The notes: generated by a model not told the origin, from the letters alone. 64,000 nt of DNA from Sulfolobales archaeon (GCA_038831135.1 JAWBKW010000004.1:29135-93134), one strand, 5' to 3'. Shown: positions 37,439 through 47,865, counted from the stretch's first letter. Numbers and translations are program-made.

Positions 37439-40135
37439 GTTAATAATTTCCTTTATGTTGCTAGATAGTCTAAGGATTAGCTCATCCTCGTTACTTATGT
37501 TTAATGCTATTATCCAAGCATCAACCTGCTTCTCTACCGGTATTGCAGTAATTTCGTTTTCCTCAAGTACTTTAATTTCGTCAGGAGATCTTATATAATT
37601 CCATTTAGGCATTAAGAACTTCCTTATCTTAACCTTCTTAGTCCTGATGGCTGCCAAGATTTTCCCAGAACCTCTCCAATCTAAGCCCCCAACAGGGCCT
37701 ACACCACCTTTAATATCACATTTACCCGTCATAACTATATCCGGGCTTACAGGAATTCTAGCAAGTTCCGAAATAGTAGCAACACTTAATGCTAGACCTA
37801 AACTAGGTCCACTAACACCTGCCCCAGGAACACCCTCCATAGGACTTATGACTTGATATCTGAAGTCGAAATTCTTTAAGTCGTAACCAGCTTTAGTCAT
37901 TATATAATGCTTTATAAAATCAACCACGTTAGACGCGCTCTCCACCACACTTAGATCTTCTACAGAGGCCCCAGGTCCTAGTACGATTGATTTCGCTACT
38001 CCTGTAATACTTACTTTTCCACTACCGAAGGGATTAACAGAGCATTCAACAATTAATGGAATGCCTCTCCTACCTTGGGTATCTGTTCCCAACCCTATAG
38101 CGATGCCTGGGCGAGGTTCAATAGTGATTAAACTTTCTTGCACATCAAGTAGTTCCTTATCTATATCTTGCTCTAATGACTCGGCTGCTTTTTCGAAATG
38201 ATATAATCTTAACTTATAATCTTCAGTCCTAACTTTCAGAACTTCATCTATGCTCGAAGCATTTAAAACCTCTTTCACTCTTTTTAACTCATCAGAGTAG
38301 AACTTAATCAACTCCTCATACCTGGTAGTGTTTAACGAACTCTTAACATCAGTGATAGCCGTAATTTCCTGAGCCCTCAATCTATTAGCCTCTCTGATGA
38401 CTTCAGCAATAACCCTAGGCGATACGGTCCTAAACCTCTTCAATATACTTAAAACTCTCTCAGGAGTTACTTCGGGATGTATATGTTGGATGTATTGCCT
38501 AAGATGCACCCTAATTATGTCTAAACGCTCAGAATCATTTCTAGGTAGAGGTATTTCAATTACGTAAGGCTCGAACCTATTAATTACTGCTTCATCAATA
38601 GCTTCGATCCTATTAGTTGCTGCAATAATTAAGACTCCTTCAAGTGGTTGAAGACCGTCTAGCTCAGTAAGTATTTGAGCTGTTAATCTATCACCAACAG
38701 GATCCCCTCTCCTCTTAGTAGCTATGACATCAAATTCATCGAAGAAAACGATACTCGGTGAGTGTTTCCTAGCCAACGAGAATAAATCTTTAATGTTCTT
38801 TTCAGGTTCACCAACCCACTTAGCGTTAATGAGTAACTGTGAGGCAGGCACGTAAAAGAATGTAGCATTTGCTTCCTTAGCGATCGCCTTAGTTAAGTAT
38901 GTCTTACCGCACCCCGGCTCACCATATAGTAGGATACCTTTAGGTGGGACCCAACCGAGCTTACCTGAAAGCTCAGGCCTTAAACTCAGCATGACCAACT
39001 TAAATAATTTGTCCTTAATGCTGAATAAACCACCTATATCTGAATAATTTACTGCTGGCTTTATCTGAAGTATAGTACCTAAAACTTCTACACTCTTCTC
39101 CTGCTCTACATAGCCCCTTAACTCCCTCGAAACTAATTTAAAATCCTCTAAGGTTACGTTGCTTTTGATAATATCCTCGATTTTATCCGAACCAAAGAAC
39201 CTACTAAGTAACTTACTCCTTAACGGTTCAACCTTCTTAAGATAGACCTTAGTACATGCATCAATTATGTCGAAGGGAGTTAACTGTGTTTGCCTGTAAG
39301 CACTTACAGACTTTTCAAGAACCTTCATAACTTCTTCAGTCTTAAGATGCGTCCAACCAAACCGTTTTAACTGGGAGTCTAAAACAGCTAATAACATTTC
39401 CCAAGTAATATTCTGATCAAGGTCTATTACATATGCTCTCCTCCTAATGTCCTCCCTAATGCTTTCAAACTTATTGGTAGCAGCTATTATTACGACTCTC
39501 TTATTACCATCAACAATCTTATTTATGTGTTCAATAAACAGATCCTGAACCTTAACATCCTCACGTTCAGCACCATACATAGGCTTCTCAACCTTCATAC
39601 CGATAGAGTGAAACTCGTCTAGGAAGATCACGGTTGGTGTTTCCTCAGCACGCCTGAAGATAGCTGTTAAATTCTTCAATGACTGACCATAAAGCGGATG
39701 AAATATCTCATCACATTGAATGACCATAGGCTGTACATTAACTCCGCGCTTTAAACCGTAAATTATTGCCTCCCTTAAACATACCTCGGCCAGTAAAGAC
39801 TTGCCGGTTCCTGTATTACCTTTAAGTAGAAAGAACTTAGGGGGTTGCATCCCCTTAAGCAAATTAATAATTGCATCATCCTTAATAACGTGATAAGCTA
39901 TTGCAGACATAATCATTTCAAATTCCTTATCCCTACCAACTAAGTCCTCCCTCTTCTTAGGGAATAGTTTATCGACCTCCCTTAATTTTTTCTTAATCTT
40001 TGTAGGTGTTAGCCTAGCATTCCTCCATTTCCTAAAGTCCTTATTAACGAGAGACAGAGGTAGGTATAGAATCCTCCTTAATGCAGAATTCTTTAACCAC
40101 CAGTACACGTTTTCCTCATTCTTCATCGATGACAT
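37403..40135 (-). CDS. Tandem AAA+ ATPase (Cdc48-like D1-D2) fused to a C-terminal Lon (S16) protease domain
   Basis: GNTGTGKS/IFLDEF/AATN; GEPGCGKT/KWVGE/FFDEFD/AATNR; Lon motifs SGPSLG, MTG, PVGG...KILAA. Start at MSSMK (40135) is more likely than the GTG at 40177. Confidence 0.88.
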   Translation of the reverse strand: MSSMKNEENVYWWLKNSALRRILYLPLSLVNKDFRKWRNARLTPTKIKKKLREVDKLFPKKREDLVGRDKEFEMIMSAIAYHVIKDDAIINLLKGMQPPKFFLLKGNTGTGKSLLAEVCLREAIIYGLKRGVNVQPMVIQCDEIFHPLYGQSLKNLTAIFRRAEETPTVIFLDEFHSIGMKVEKPMYGAEREDVKVQDLFIEHINKIVDGNKRVVIIAATNKFESIREDIRRRAYVIDLDQNITWEMLLAVLDSQLKRFGWTHLKTEEVMKVLEKSVSAYRQTQLTPFDIIDACTKVYLKKVEPLRSKLLSRFFGSDKIEDIIKSNVTLEDFKLVSRELRGYVEQEKSVEVLGTILQIKPAVNYSDIGGLFSIKDKLFKLVMLSLRPELSGKLGWVPPKGILLYGEPGCGKTYLTKAIAKEANATFFYVPASQLLINAKWVGEPEKNIKDLFSLARKHSPSIVFFDEFDVIATKRRGDPVGDRLTAQILTELDGLQPLEGVLIIAATNRIEAIDEAVINRFEPYVIEIPLPRNDSERLDIIRVHLRQYIQHIHPEVTPERVLSILKRFRTVSPRVIAEVIREANRLRAQEITAITDVKSSLNTTRYEELIKFYSDELKRVKEVLNASSIDEVLKVRTEDYKLRLYHFEKAAESLEQDIDKELLDVQESLITIEPRPGIAIGLGTDTQGRRGIPLIVECSVNPFGSGKVSITGVAKSIVLGPGASVEDLSVVESASNVVDFIKHYIMTKAGYDLKNFDFRYQVISPMEGVPGAGVSGPSLGLALSVATISELARIPVSPDIVMTGKCDIKGGVGPVGGLDWRGSGKILAAIRTKKVKIRKFLMPKWNYIRSPDEIKVLEENEITAIPVEKQVDAWIIALNISNEDELILRLSSNIKEIINSINSRNNYLNS

Positions 40136-40925
40136 CGTACCACCCTTTCCATTTACATATGTAGTAAGCCACACCATTCACGAAGAGTATGAGAAACGGC
40201 ACTAATAACCATGAAATCTCTAAATTAAAGCTCCTATAGAGTAAATTATTATATATAGCTAACCCAACCGTAGTTATGGCGCATGCCAAGAACGCGACTA
40301 AAGAACCATACAATAAGTACCTAATAACTAATGCTATGGATTCCTCAATACCCCACCTATCCCTCCTTAACACAGAATAACTTCTAACATCAAGAACTGC
40401 AGTAGTTATAAATAATGACAGGATAATCAAGATTATAGCTACGTTCCAAGTAGGTGCCCTCAGATAGAAAGGTATTTGAATAGAAGGTACTCCGTAACTC
40501 CCTGATAAATTATTTACAAGCCTAAAAGTTAGTTGTAGACTAACATTACCGGGACTATTAAGTATATCCACTAAGGAATTCTTTGAATTAATGACGGATA
40601 TATTGATTGTATAAGGACTTGAGGAATAAAGCACAACTAAAAAATACGAATCACTTAAATTATATACCTGCTTAACTAACTTCATGTAGATGGAACCGGA
40701 ATACTTGCCCTCACTAGAAGTGTTAACGACGTCAACCAAGAAAGCATCAGACAAATCCGACGTTAATACATAGATTTGATCCTTTCCCTGATAATTTATG
40801 AGGATCCCATCATTTATATTTGATAACACTACATCCTTCTGAACTACCATAACATTAGCTAAATTCATAACCATGAGTACATATACCATAAAACTCAAGA
40901 CTTTCGCATATGTAGGTACTAGCAT
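40116..40925 (-). CDS. Hypothetical membrane protein (N-terminal signal/TM, beta-rich domain, three C-terminal TMs)
   Basis: Hydropathy by eye; 3' end overlaps the AAA-Lon start. Confidence 0.7.
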   Translation of the reverse strand: MLVPTYAKVLSFMVYVLMVMNLANVMVVQKDVVLSNINDGILINYQGKDQIYVLTSDLSDAFLVDVVNTSSEGKYSGSIYMKLVKQVYNLSDSYFLVVLYSSSPYTINISVINSKNSLVDILNSPGNVSLQLTFRLVNNLSGSYGVPSIQIPFYLRAPTWNVAIILIILSLFITTAVLDVRSYSVLRRDRWGIEESIALVIRYLLYGSLVAFLACAITTVGLAIYNNLLYRSFNLEISWLLVPFLILFVNGVAYYICKWKGWYDVIDEE

Positions 40926-41013
40926 TATACTTATTCTACACCAATATTACCTACGAATTACTAGCTAATTAAGCTATATTGACTTCGTTAACCATCTCAG
41001 CACTACTCAATTT

Positions 41014-42456
41014 TCACATCCTAAGAGAACCCAACATAAGGTTTAATAATATATGAGGTATAAACCAAGTAATGACTAACAACACTATAATTAATATTAA
41101 AGTTGCATTCATGGATTTCGGTAACTCTACATATCCTATATCAGCAGGCTTTAACGAACCAAAGACCACATTCTTAATAATTCTTAAACCATAAGCTATC
41201 GTAAATATCATAGATGTGATAGCTGCTAATGAGAGTATATAAAATTCTATAGACGCTTCAGCAGCAGTTCTTAGCACTGATGAAATTATTAAGAACTTTG
41301 ATACGAATCCAGCAAATGGTGGTAAGCCGGCTAGGCTAAAAAATCCGACAATGAATCCTATACCACATAATCTGCATCTCCTTAAAATCCCACCAATAAG
41401 ATTAATATCTCTTATACCTAGCGAGTAAACCAAAACACCTGAAGAGAGGAAGAGTAGAGCTTTCGCATAAGCGTGTGAAAGATAATGATATGAAAAAGCC
41501 ATACTGCTATAGAGCGGGTCTTGAACAGATAATGCTAATGCTAAATAGCCCATATGGCTTATGGTTGAATAAGCTAAGATCCTCTTAATGTCGTCCTCTA
41601 GTAAAGCACCTAACCCTCCATAAACTATGGATGAGAGCCCCCAAATTAACACAGCAAGAGCGAATTCGTAAGACTCTATTAAAGACCCCAAAATTCTTAA
41701 GACCCCGTAACCACCTAAACCAACTATTAACGGACTAAGTATAGCACTAAATGGTGTAGGTGCCTCCGCATGTACGAGGGGTAACCATAAATGAACCCCG
41801 AATAACCCCATCTTTATGCCGAAACCTATTAGAAGAATATAAGACACCCATGGAGGTATAGAACTCGATGTTAAAGTACTGAATTGAAAACTACCTACAT
41901 ATACATAAACCGTAGAAAGACCTATGAATATAATTAATGAACCTATTAAAGACCAAACTAAGTAAGTAAAGGATATACTCACACGATTACCATAGCCGTA
42001 GAAGTATATTAGCCCCCAAGATGTTAAAACTATAAGCTCATAAAATATTATAAAAGCAATCATATTGTAGGAAATTATTACTCCAACAATACCTGAGGTA
42101 TTAAGTAATAATAATCCATAAAAAAGGTTAAGCGGAATCCCCCCCAACTCTTCAACTCTATGAATCATATAGTTATATGAATACAAATATATTAGTGGTA
42201 GCAACGTTAAGGCAGCTATTAAAATTATTATATTTAAATAATCGATACCTAGAGAGAAGGAATATTCTAGATGTCCATGTATAACGACTTCAACGTAATT
42301 TTCAACAATGGGTAGGTTTCTAAATAACAAAATTAAAATTAAGTAAATTACTGAGAAACCCAACGATGAAGTACTTAGTATGTATGCTACTCTATCATTA
42401 CGTATGTTAAACACTATTGCTGCAACTGTCGCTGGTACTACTATAAGCTCTATCAC
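41014..42456 (-). CDS. NuoM/MrpD-like proton-conducting membrane subunit
   Basis: FYEL, IKMGLFGVHLWLP.VHAEAPTP, KRILAYSTISHMG, SHAYAKALLF, GLPPFAGF. Confidence 0.9.
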   Translation of the reverse strand: MIELIVVPATVAAIVFNIRNDRVAYILSTSSLGFSVIYLILILLFRNLPIVENYVEVVIHGHLEYSFSLGIDYLNIIILIAALTLLPLIYLYSYNYMIHRVEELGGIPLNLFYGLLLLNTSGIVGVIISYNMIAFIIFYELIVLTSWGLIYFYGYGNRVSISFTYLVWSLIGSLIIFIGLSTVYVYVGSFQFSTLTSSSIPPWVSYILLIGFGIKMGLFGVHLWLPLVHAEAPTPFSAILSPLIVGLGGYGVLRILGSLIESYEFALAVLIWGLSSIVYGGLGALLEDDIKRILAYSTISHMGYLALALSVQDPLYSSMAFSYHYLSHAYAKALLFLSSGVLVYSLGIRDINLIGGILRRCRLCGIGFIVGFFSLAGLPPFAGFVSKFLIISSVLRTAAEASIEFYILSLAAITSMIFTIAYGLRIIKNVVFGSLKPADIGYVELPKSMNATLILIIVLLVITWFIPHILLNLMLGSLRM

Positions 42457-42465
42457 TATTGCGCA

Positions 42466-44508
42466 TCACCTTATAAGTAATAAAACCCCAGTTAAAAAGA
42501 TAGACAAGGCAATCATATAAGTAGTTAAGAATGTATCAATATCAGCATAGCTTAACGCGTCAAACAACTTCCTCAAGCTTTTATAAGAATAAATCCCTAC
42601 GTATGTAACAACTAAATTGAGGAAATTATTTAACGCGTTGAATAAATCCTTAGCAACTATCGTCACTAACCTAGTATTTGGGCAAAAGCTTTCATAGCAG
42701 ATAAGTGATCTAACGCGGTTTTTAAAGGTATGTATGTATTTTAAAGTTTTGTAATGTTTGGGAATGCCTTTAATGGATGAGAGAAAGACTCTCAATCTAT
42801 AAATCATTTTAAGTTTCACTAAAAATCCATAGTATGTTAATGGACGTGATAGGTAAGGTTGATTGACATATATCGCTAATAAAACACCTAAGAAAATAGC
42901 ACTGAGGGATATTACCATAAAGGAGAGATCCAGATGCACGTGTTCTATCTCCTCGATTAAGGTTACCATCTTCAAGATGTTGCCTTTAATATCTAAACCT
43001 AAAATTCCTGCTAGAAACGTAGCAAATGCCAAGATGAGTGGTGGGTAATACATTAATTCGTTAATTTCGCGATACGTATGAATAGCTTTATCAGACCCGC
43101 TAAATATAATTACAATCATACGGGTTGCGTAAAAAGCTGTGAGGAACGTACCTAACACCGTAATTAGGAATAACGCATTATGTCCTCCACCAACTATAGT
43201 CTCTATTATAAACTCCTTGCTCCAGAACCCCATAAGTGGAGGAACCCCTATAAGACTAAGGGATGATATTAAAGTAATCATGAATAAAGACTTAAATCCC
43301 TTTATATGCAACTTCATTTCATCGAGGTAAATGGTGCTAGTTACATGTATTAGAATTCCGGCTATGAGGAAAAGAGCTGACTTAAATAATGCATGATTAA
43401 TTAAATGATACAATGTAGCTGCACCCGCTAATAAAGGTACCTCTAAAAATCGTGATAAACCTAAAAGAATGAACATATAGCCTATTTGACTAATTGTTGA
43501 ATACGCTAAAACCCCCTTCAACTCTACAGTCCTACCCGCATATATAGCACCGATAATCATAGAGCCTATCCCTGAAGCAATTAATATGTAAAAAAGTAAT
43601 GAAGCCGTATCTATCGCATTAGCTATCTCCACAAAATACGGAAGTAAACGCAGTATAATGTAAACACCACCTTTCACCATAGTTGCTGAATGTAGGAGTG
43701 CTGACACCGGTGTAGGTCCAGCCATCGCGTAGGGCAACCATACATGCAGAGGAAATTGTGCCGATTTAGCGATCGGCCCTACAATAAATAGAATTAAAGA
43801 CAAGACCACTATCCAGCTAGGGGTACCACCATAAATTAATTCTCTAATTACATGTAAATCTTCGTAGTAAGGAGAGCCTGTAATTGACATAAGCAGTAAG
43901 ATACCTAGTAACATAAGGGTGTCTGCCGAACCAACGATCAAAAACGTAATATAGGAACAATAACTCGGCTTATACATAGGTGTCTTAGACGGAGGTCCCC
44001 CAATCCAATGCTCCTTTTCATCACCATAGTAATAGCCAATCAATAAATAACTGCTTAAGCTCATACCCTCCCAGCCGATGAACATTAAGATGAAATTATT
44101 AGAATTAATTACAACTAACATGCTTGACACAAATATAAGCATTAGGAACCAAAATCTTCTAGTGTCACTATAGTTCTCATCCTTACCCATATAACTGATT
44201 GAGTAAGTAAGAATTAGGATAGATAATCCGCAAACAAGTATGTTAAGTATAATGCTTAGAAAATCTAAAGCAAAAGACATACCAATAGGCTTTATACCGG
44301 GTAAATTCAGCCAACCATTAAATAATTCAACATTAATAACCGTACCATTAATAACGTTAAATAATAAGACTAGGGAGACGGAAAGGGAGATGCAGACAGA
44401 AATTACTGAAATAATTCCTAAAAACGCATTACTTTTTACAATAAGTGATATCAACGCAGCAACCATAGGTGCCGTTAACTCTATAGTCAATAATTCCCTA
44501 ATCATCAT
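42466..44508 (-). CDS. NuoL/MrpA-like proton-conducting membrane subunit
   Basis: GWEG, KSAQFPLHVWLP.AMAGPTPVSALLHSATMV, HALFKSALF, GFWSKE. Confidence 0.92.
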   Translation of the reverse strand: MMIRELLTIELTAPMVAALISLIVKSNAFLGIISVISVCISLSVSLVLLFNVINGTVINVELFNGWLNLPGIKPIGMSFALDFLSIILNILVCGLSILILTYSISYMGKDENYSDTRRFWFLMLIFVSSMLVVINSNNFILMFIGWEGMSLSSYLLIGYYYGDEKEHWIGGPPSKTPMYKPSYCSYITFLIVGSADTLMLLGILLLMSITGSPYYEDLHVIRELIYGGTPSWIVVLSLILFIVGPIAKSAQFPLHVWLPYAMAGPTPVSALLHSATMVKGGVYIILRLLPYFVEIANAIDTASLLFYILIASGIGSMIIGAIYAGRTVELKGVLAYSTISQIGYMFILLGLSRFLEVPLLAGAATLYHLINHALFKSALFLIAGILIHVTSTIYLDEMKLHIKGFKSLFMITLISSLSLIGVPPLMGFWSKEFIIETIVGGGHNALFLITVLGTFLTAFYATRMIVIIFSGSDKAIHTYREINELMYYPPLILAFATFLAGILGLDIKGNILKMVTLIEEIEHVHLDLSFMVISLSAIFLGVLLAIYVNQPYLSRPLTYYGFLVKLKMIYRLRVFLSSIKGIPKHYKTLKYIHTFKNRVRSLICYESFCPNTRLVTIVAKDLFNALNNFLNLVVTYVGIYSYKSLRKLFDALSYADIDTFLTTYMIALSIFLTGVLLLIR

Positions 44509-44600
44509 TATTCCAATCCTAATTAGAACCTACTAATTAAAACTTACTGGAGATTTAATCACTTAAGCTGATAAGGGAATACTTATCGATAATCCTAAGT

Positions 44601-45671
44601 TTATTGTGTGCTTAAGTAGGTAGCTATTGATCTTCCAGCGGTAAGACCTTCCTTAACAGCCAAACCTATTCTCGAAGGTCCCAAAACTACATCACCAGCA
44701 GCATAAACACCTTTCCTAGTTGTCTCCCTCAACTCATTAACTAATATCCTTCCATCTTTACTTAATTTAATCCCTAACTCACCATCAACTATTGGTGGCG
44801 TGGGTAATTCACCAACACAATTAATAACAACATCAACATCTAATTCGAATTCGCTACCCTCTACCGGAATAGGTTTGGGTCTACCACTTTCGTCAGGCTC
44901 CCCTAACTTACATCTCATTAACTTCACAGATTTTACTATTCCTCCAGATGCCACTATCTTCGTTGGAATGACTAACTCAATCCAAGAGACGCCAGTATTT
45001 ATTAATCTTCTTATTTCTTTCTCACCAGCAGGTGCTTCCTTAATAGTCCTTCTATAAAGCATATAGACCTTTGAGGCATTCATTTTTACAGTTTCTGACG
45101 CTGCGTCGACTGCTGAAAGGCCGGCACCTACTACCGCTACCTTCTTACCACTAAGTACTGGAACCTTATCTGAAACCAGGTAACCTAATTCACCGGATTT
45201 AACCCTAAAAAGGAAGTCCAAAGCCTTAAACACGCCTCTATATTCCTCACCTGAAATACCTAAAGACCTAGATCTCCAAGCGCCGGTAGAAATTAACACC
45301 GCATGATACCTATCAATTATGTCATCAATTCCTATCTCAGACTTTACGAATTCATCACCCTCATCAACATCCCTCTTAGAACTTACTACCTTAGTACGCC
45401 CTATGAAATTGATGTTGTAGGATTCAAGCAACTCTTTAACTCCATCTCTAACCCCTTCAACATCTATTCTATTACTGGGTATAGCAAATAAAAGTAGTCC
45501 ACCCGGCTCAGGCAGTTTATCATAAATATCTACATAAGCTCCACTACATCCCAGAAATCCTGCAGCAACCAACCCAGCAGGTCCCGAACCTATTACCGCT
45601 ACCTTCTTACCACTTAATTTCTTCTCAGGCATGCAGGCCAGGTTAAACCTCATGCTACCATTCCAGACCAT
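44601..45671 (-). CDS. GltD-like FAD/NAD(P)H oxidoreductase lacking the N-terminal Fe-S domain
   Basis: IGSGPAG, PGGLL...IP, VGAGLSAVD, YRR, DESGRPKP, AAGD. May start at MRFN (45653). Confidence 0.88.
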   Translation of the reverse strand: MVWNGSMRFNLACMPEKKLSGKKVAVIGSGPAGLVAAGFLGCSGAYVDIYDKLPEPGGLLLFAIPSNRIDVEGVRDGVKELLESYNINFIGRTKVVSSKRDVDEGDEFVKSEIGIDDIIDRYHAVLISTGAWRSRSLGISGEEYRGVFKALDFLFRVKSGELGYLVSDKVPVLSGKKVAVVGAGLSAVDAASETVKMNASKVYMLYRRTIKEAPAGEKEIRRLINTGVSWIELVIPTKIVASGGIVKSVKLMRCKLGEPDESGRPKPIPVEGSEFELDVDVVINCVGELPTPPIVDGELGIKLSKDGRILVNELRETTRKGVYAAGDVVLGPSRIGLAVKEGLTAGRSIATYLSTQ

Positions 45672-45723
45672 TGAATAGTAGATGATTAATTCCTTAAATA
45701 CTTAATGTAATATTATAGATTCA

Positions 45724-46551
45724 GTGTCCGTAATGTGGGCTGGAACATATATACTCATAGCATCAATGCTATGGTCCACAATAGGTGTTGCAACAATGTT
45801 TAGTGACGATACGGTCTTAATGCTCCTTACGAGGTCTATACTGATCTCATTTGCTGGTCTACTTATTTGTAGGTCAAGATCTAAAGCATCAATATTATGC
45901 GGAGTTATTCTAGGAATTCTCTTTATATCATATGTAGCTTCAGTGCTCTTAACCGGTATAGGACCTGCTGCATATTTACTATATACTGCACCGTTATGGA
46001 GTTCTTTACTAGCCCTTAGGTACGGGGAGAGAATTAATAAAACCACATTATGTGGTATGATACTCATATTGATTTCCGTGTTTCTAATGGGTTTAGAAAG
46101 TATATTATTTCATACTATAAGTGTTTATGGGTTATTACTAGGACTTTTCGCAGGCTTCATCTACGGCTCATATATATCCATAGTAAGGTATTTCTCGTCG
46201 CAAGGTCTTGATAGGGAGGTCTCGTGGGGATCTATGCCGTACACATTAATTGTGGTATTACCTTTAACCTTTCTGTACTTAAGTCCTAATTATAATTACC
46301 CAGCGAGTACACAGAATTCCGTAATTGCTGGATCATATCTAGCCATCTTCTGCACCCTCATACCTTATAGGTTATTTGCTAAAGGAACTAGATACCTAAA
46401 AGCATCAACAACATCAGTAATTGCATCGGTAGAACCTGTATTCGCATCTATATGGGACTACATCATATTCAATAAAATTCCTACACAGCCCCTGCTACTA
46501 GCTTATATATTGATTACTCTAGCACTTATCTTAGTGTCGATTGAGAAGTAG
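45724..46551 (+). CDS. DMT/EamA family transporter
   Basis: LLYTAP, SVEPVFA; about ten TM segments. Confidence 0.8.
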   Translation: MSVMWAGTYILIASMLWSTIGVATMFSDDTVLMLLTRSILISFAGLLICRSRSKASILCGVILGILFISYVASVLLTGIGPAAYLLYTAPLWSSLLALRYGERINKTTLCGMILILISVFLMGLESILFHTISVYGLLLGLFAGFIYGSYISIVRYFSSQGLDREVSWGSMPYTLIVVLPLTFLYLSPNYNYPASTQNSVIAGSYLAIFCTLIPYRLFAKGTRYLKASTTSVIASVEPVFASIWDYIIFNKIPTQPLLLAYILITLALILVSIEK

Positions 46552-46589
46552 CCCTTATAATTTGTTTATTGTCAGAGGTACTAAAATAG

Positions 46590-46937
46590 TTATTTGGTAG
46601 GTTTATTATTCCTTCTCTTATCTGAGGAAAGCCTATAGTAATACCCGAATTCCCTTCTTTCGCCGAAGGCGTTTACACCATTAGTAATTAATTCATTCCT
46701 TAATTTATCCGCTAAATCCTTACTTAACTCACCTCTTTTTTCTAAGTAATCAATGACTTTCAAACCTTCTTCAACGTTCTTGATTCTGCCTAAGAAATCA
46801 TATACGTTTGGGGTATAATTCTCTAAAGGATCTTTAGAGAGCTCACTAATGGTGCCGGAAGAACTCTTTTCATCTATAATTTCTTTAGATAATTTAGGGA
46901 AGAGTTTACGAAATTCATCAACGTCGAATTCAGGCAA
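46590..46937 (-). CDS. DUF2095 family protein
   Basis: FPKLSKEI, YTPNVYDFL, IDYLEKRGELS, FGERREFGYY. Confidence 0.75.
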   Translation of the reverse strand: MPEFDVDEFRKLFPKLSKEIIDEKSSSGTISELSKDPLENYTPNVYDFLGRIKNVEEGLKVIDYLEKRGELSKDLADKLRNELITNGVNAFGERREFGYYYRLSSDKRRNNKPTK

Positions 46938-46991
46938 TGTGATTACCAGAATATTAAATCCTTATAACCTTAATAAACCATAATTTTATTT

Positions 46992-47050
46992 GGTATGATG
47001 ATGTCTTCGATCGCTGAGTATAATGATGATGGCAGGGTTTACCTGAAACC
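46992..47050 (+). ncRNA. C/D-box sRNA (2'-O-methylation guide)
   Basis: Box C ATGATGA 46995-47001, guide TGTCTTCGATCG, D' CTGA 47014-47017, C' ATGATGA 47023-47029, guide TGGCAGGGTTTAC, D CTGA 47043-47046, terminal GGT/ACC stem; intergenic. Confidence 0.88.
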
Positions 47051-47250
47051 TAAACTTCGATGACTTTACATTTAAGCTTACTTAAGAACTCATCAAGCTT
47101 TTCAAGAGGTACTTTATAAGTGAATAAGTACTTCTTAGTTCTGAACTTAACTTTAGCTACCTTATCTTTTTCTAATTTCTTAACCCTACACTCTATAGCC
47201 ACTTCACCTAACTTTATAGCATGTTCCTCATCCTTAATCTCGATAGGCAT
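47050..47250 (-). CDS. rpl38e: 50S ribosomal protein eL38 (L38e)
   Basis: MPIEIKD...CRVKK...KVKFRTKKYLFT matches eL38 (MPxEI.D...KFKVR.SRYLYT). Confidence 0.8.
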   Translation of the reverse strand: MPIEIKDEEHAIKLGEVAIECRVKKLEKDKVAKVKFRTKKYLFTYKVPLEKLDEFLSKLKCKVIEV

Positions 47251-47301
47251 ACTAACCACCATATTTACGGTTTACGCGAGTTTTTAAGCATTTAAAGACT
47301 C

Positions 47302-47865
47302 TTATGAAGAATATAATTCTTTATTAATTCTTGGGATTAAAGCCATCATAACTGAATAATACGTTAAATCATCCCTAAGTACTTGACCGTTCGTTAAGAA
47401 TTTAATGAATCCTCCATGTTCCCCCACATCTTTAGTCTTAAAGTGCTTATCAACTAAAACCTCTAATTCATTAACTCTTTTCTCAAGTAACTCCTTAACA
47501 AATCTTGGAGGAACCTCAAACGCGGGACTTAATCCGTAGGTTACCCTTTCATTTCTATCAACAATTGCTGCTACATGAACGTCAAACCAAATATCGTTAA
47601 TAACGAATAAGCCTGCCTCAACTCCAACACCGTGTTCTGCTTCATCAACTAATTCGAGAGACCTTAATGCTCTAAACAATGCTCCATTAAAAGTTGAGCT
47701 CAGATCCATTGGTTGTGGGGGAAGCTCCTTAGCTACTTCAACACCTAATACCTCACAATCCTTCATAAATAACTTATAGGCTTTATTAACACCACTCAGT
47801 TTAGATTTATTCTTACTTCCTACGGCTACTAACATCTTAGTTACTCCTCGAAATGATATGGACAT
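47302..47865 (-). CDS. yjjX: Inosine/xanthosine triphosphatase (YjjX/DUF84)
   Basis: VAVGSKN..K, QPM, GALFRA, GVGVEAG, GGFIKFLT...R. Confidence 0.85.
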   Translation of the reverse strand: MSISFRGVTKMLVAVGSKNKSKLSGVNKAYKLFMKDCEVLGVEVAKELPPQPMDLSSTFNGALFRALRSLELVDEAEHGVGVEAGLFVINDIWFDVHVAAIVDRNERVTYGLSPAFEVPPRFVKELLEKRVNELEVLVDKHFKTKDVGEHGGFIKFLTNGQVLRDDLTYYSVMMALIPRINKELYSS

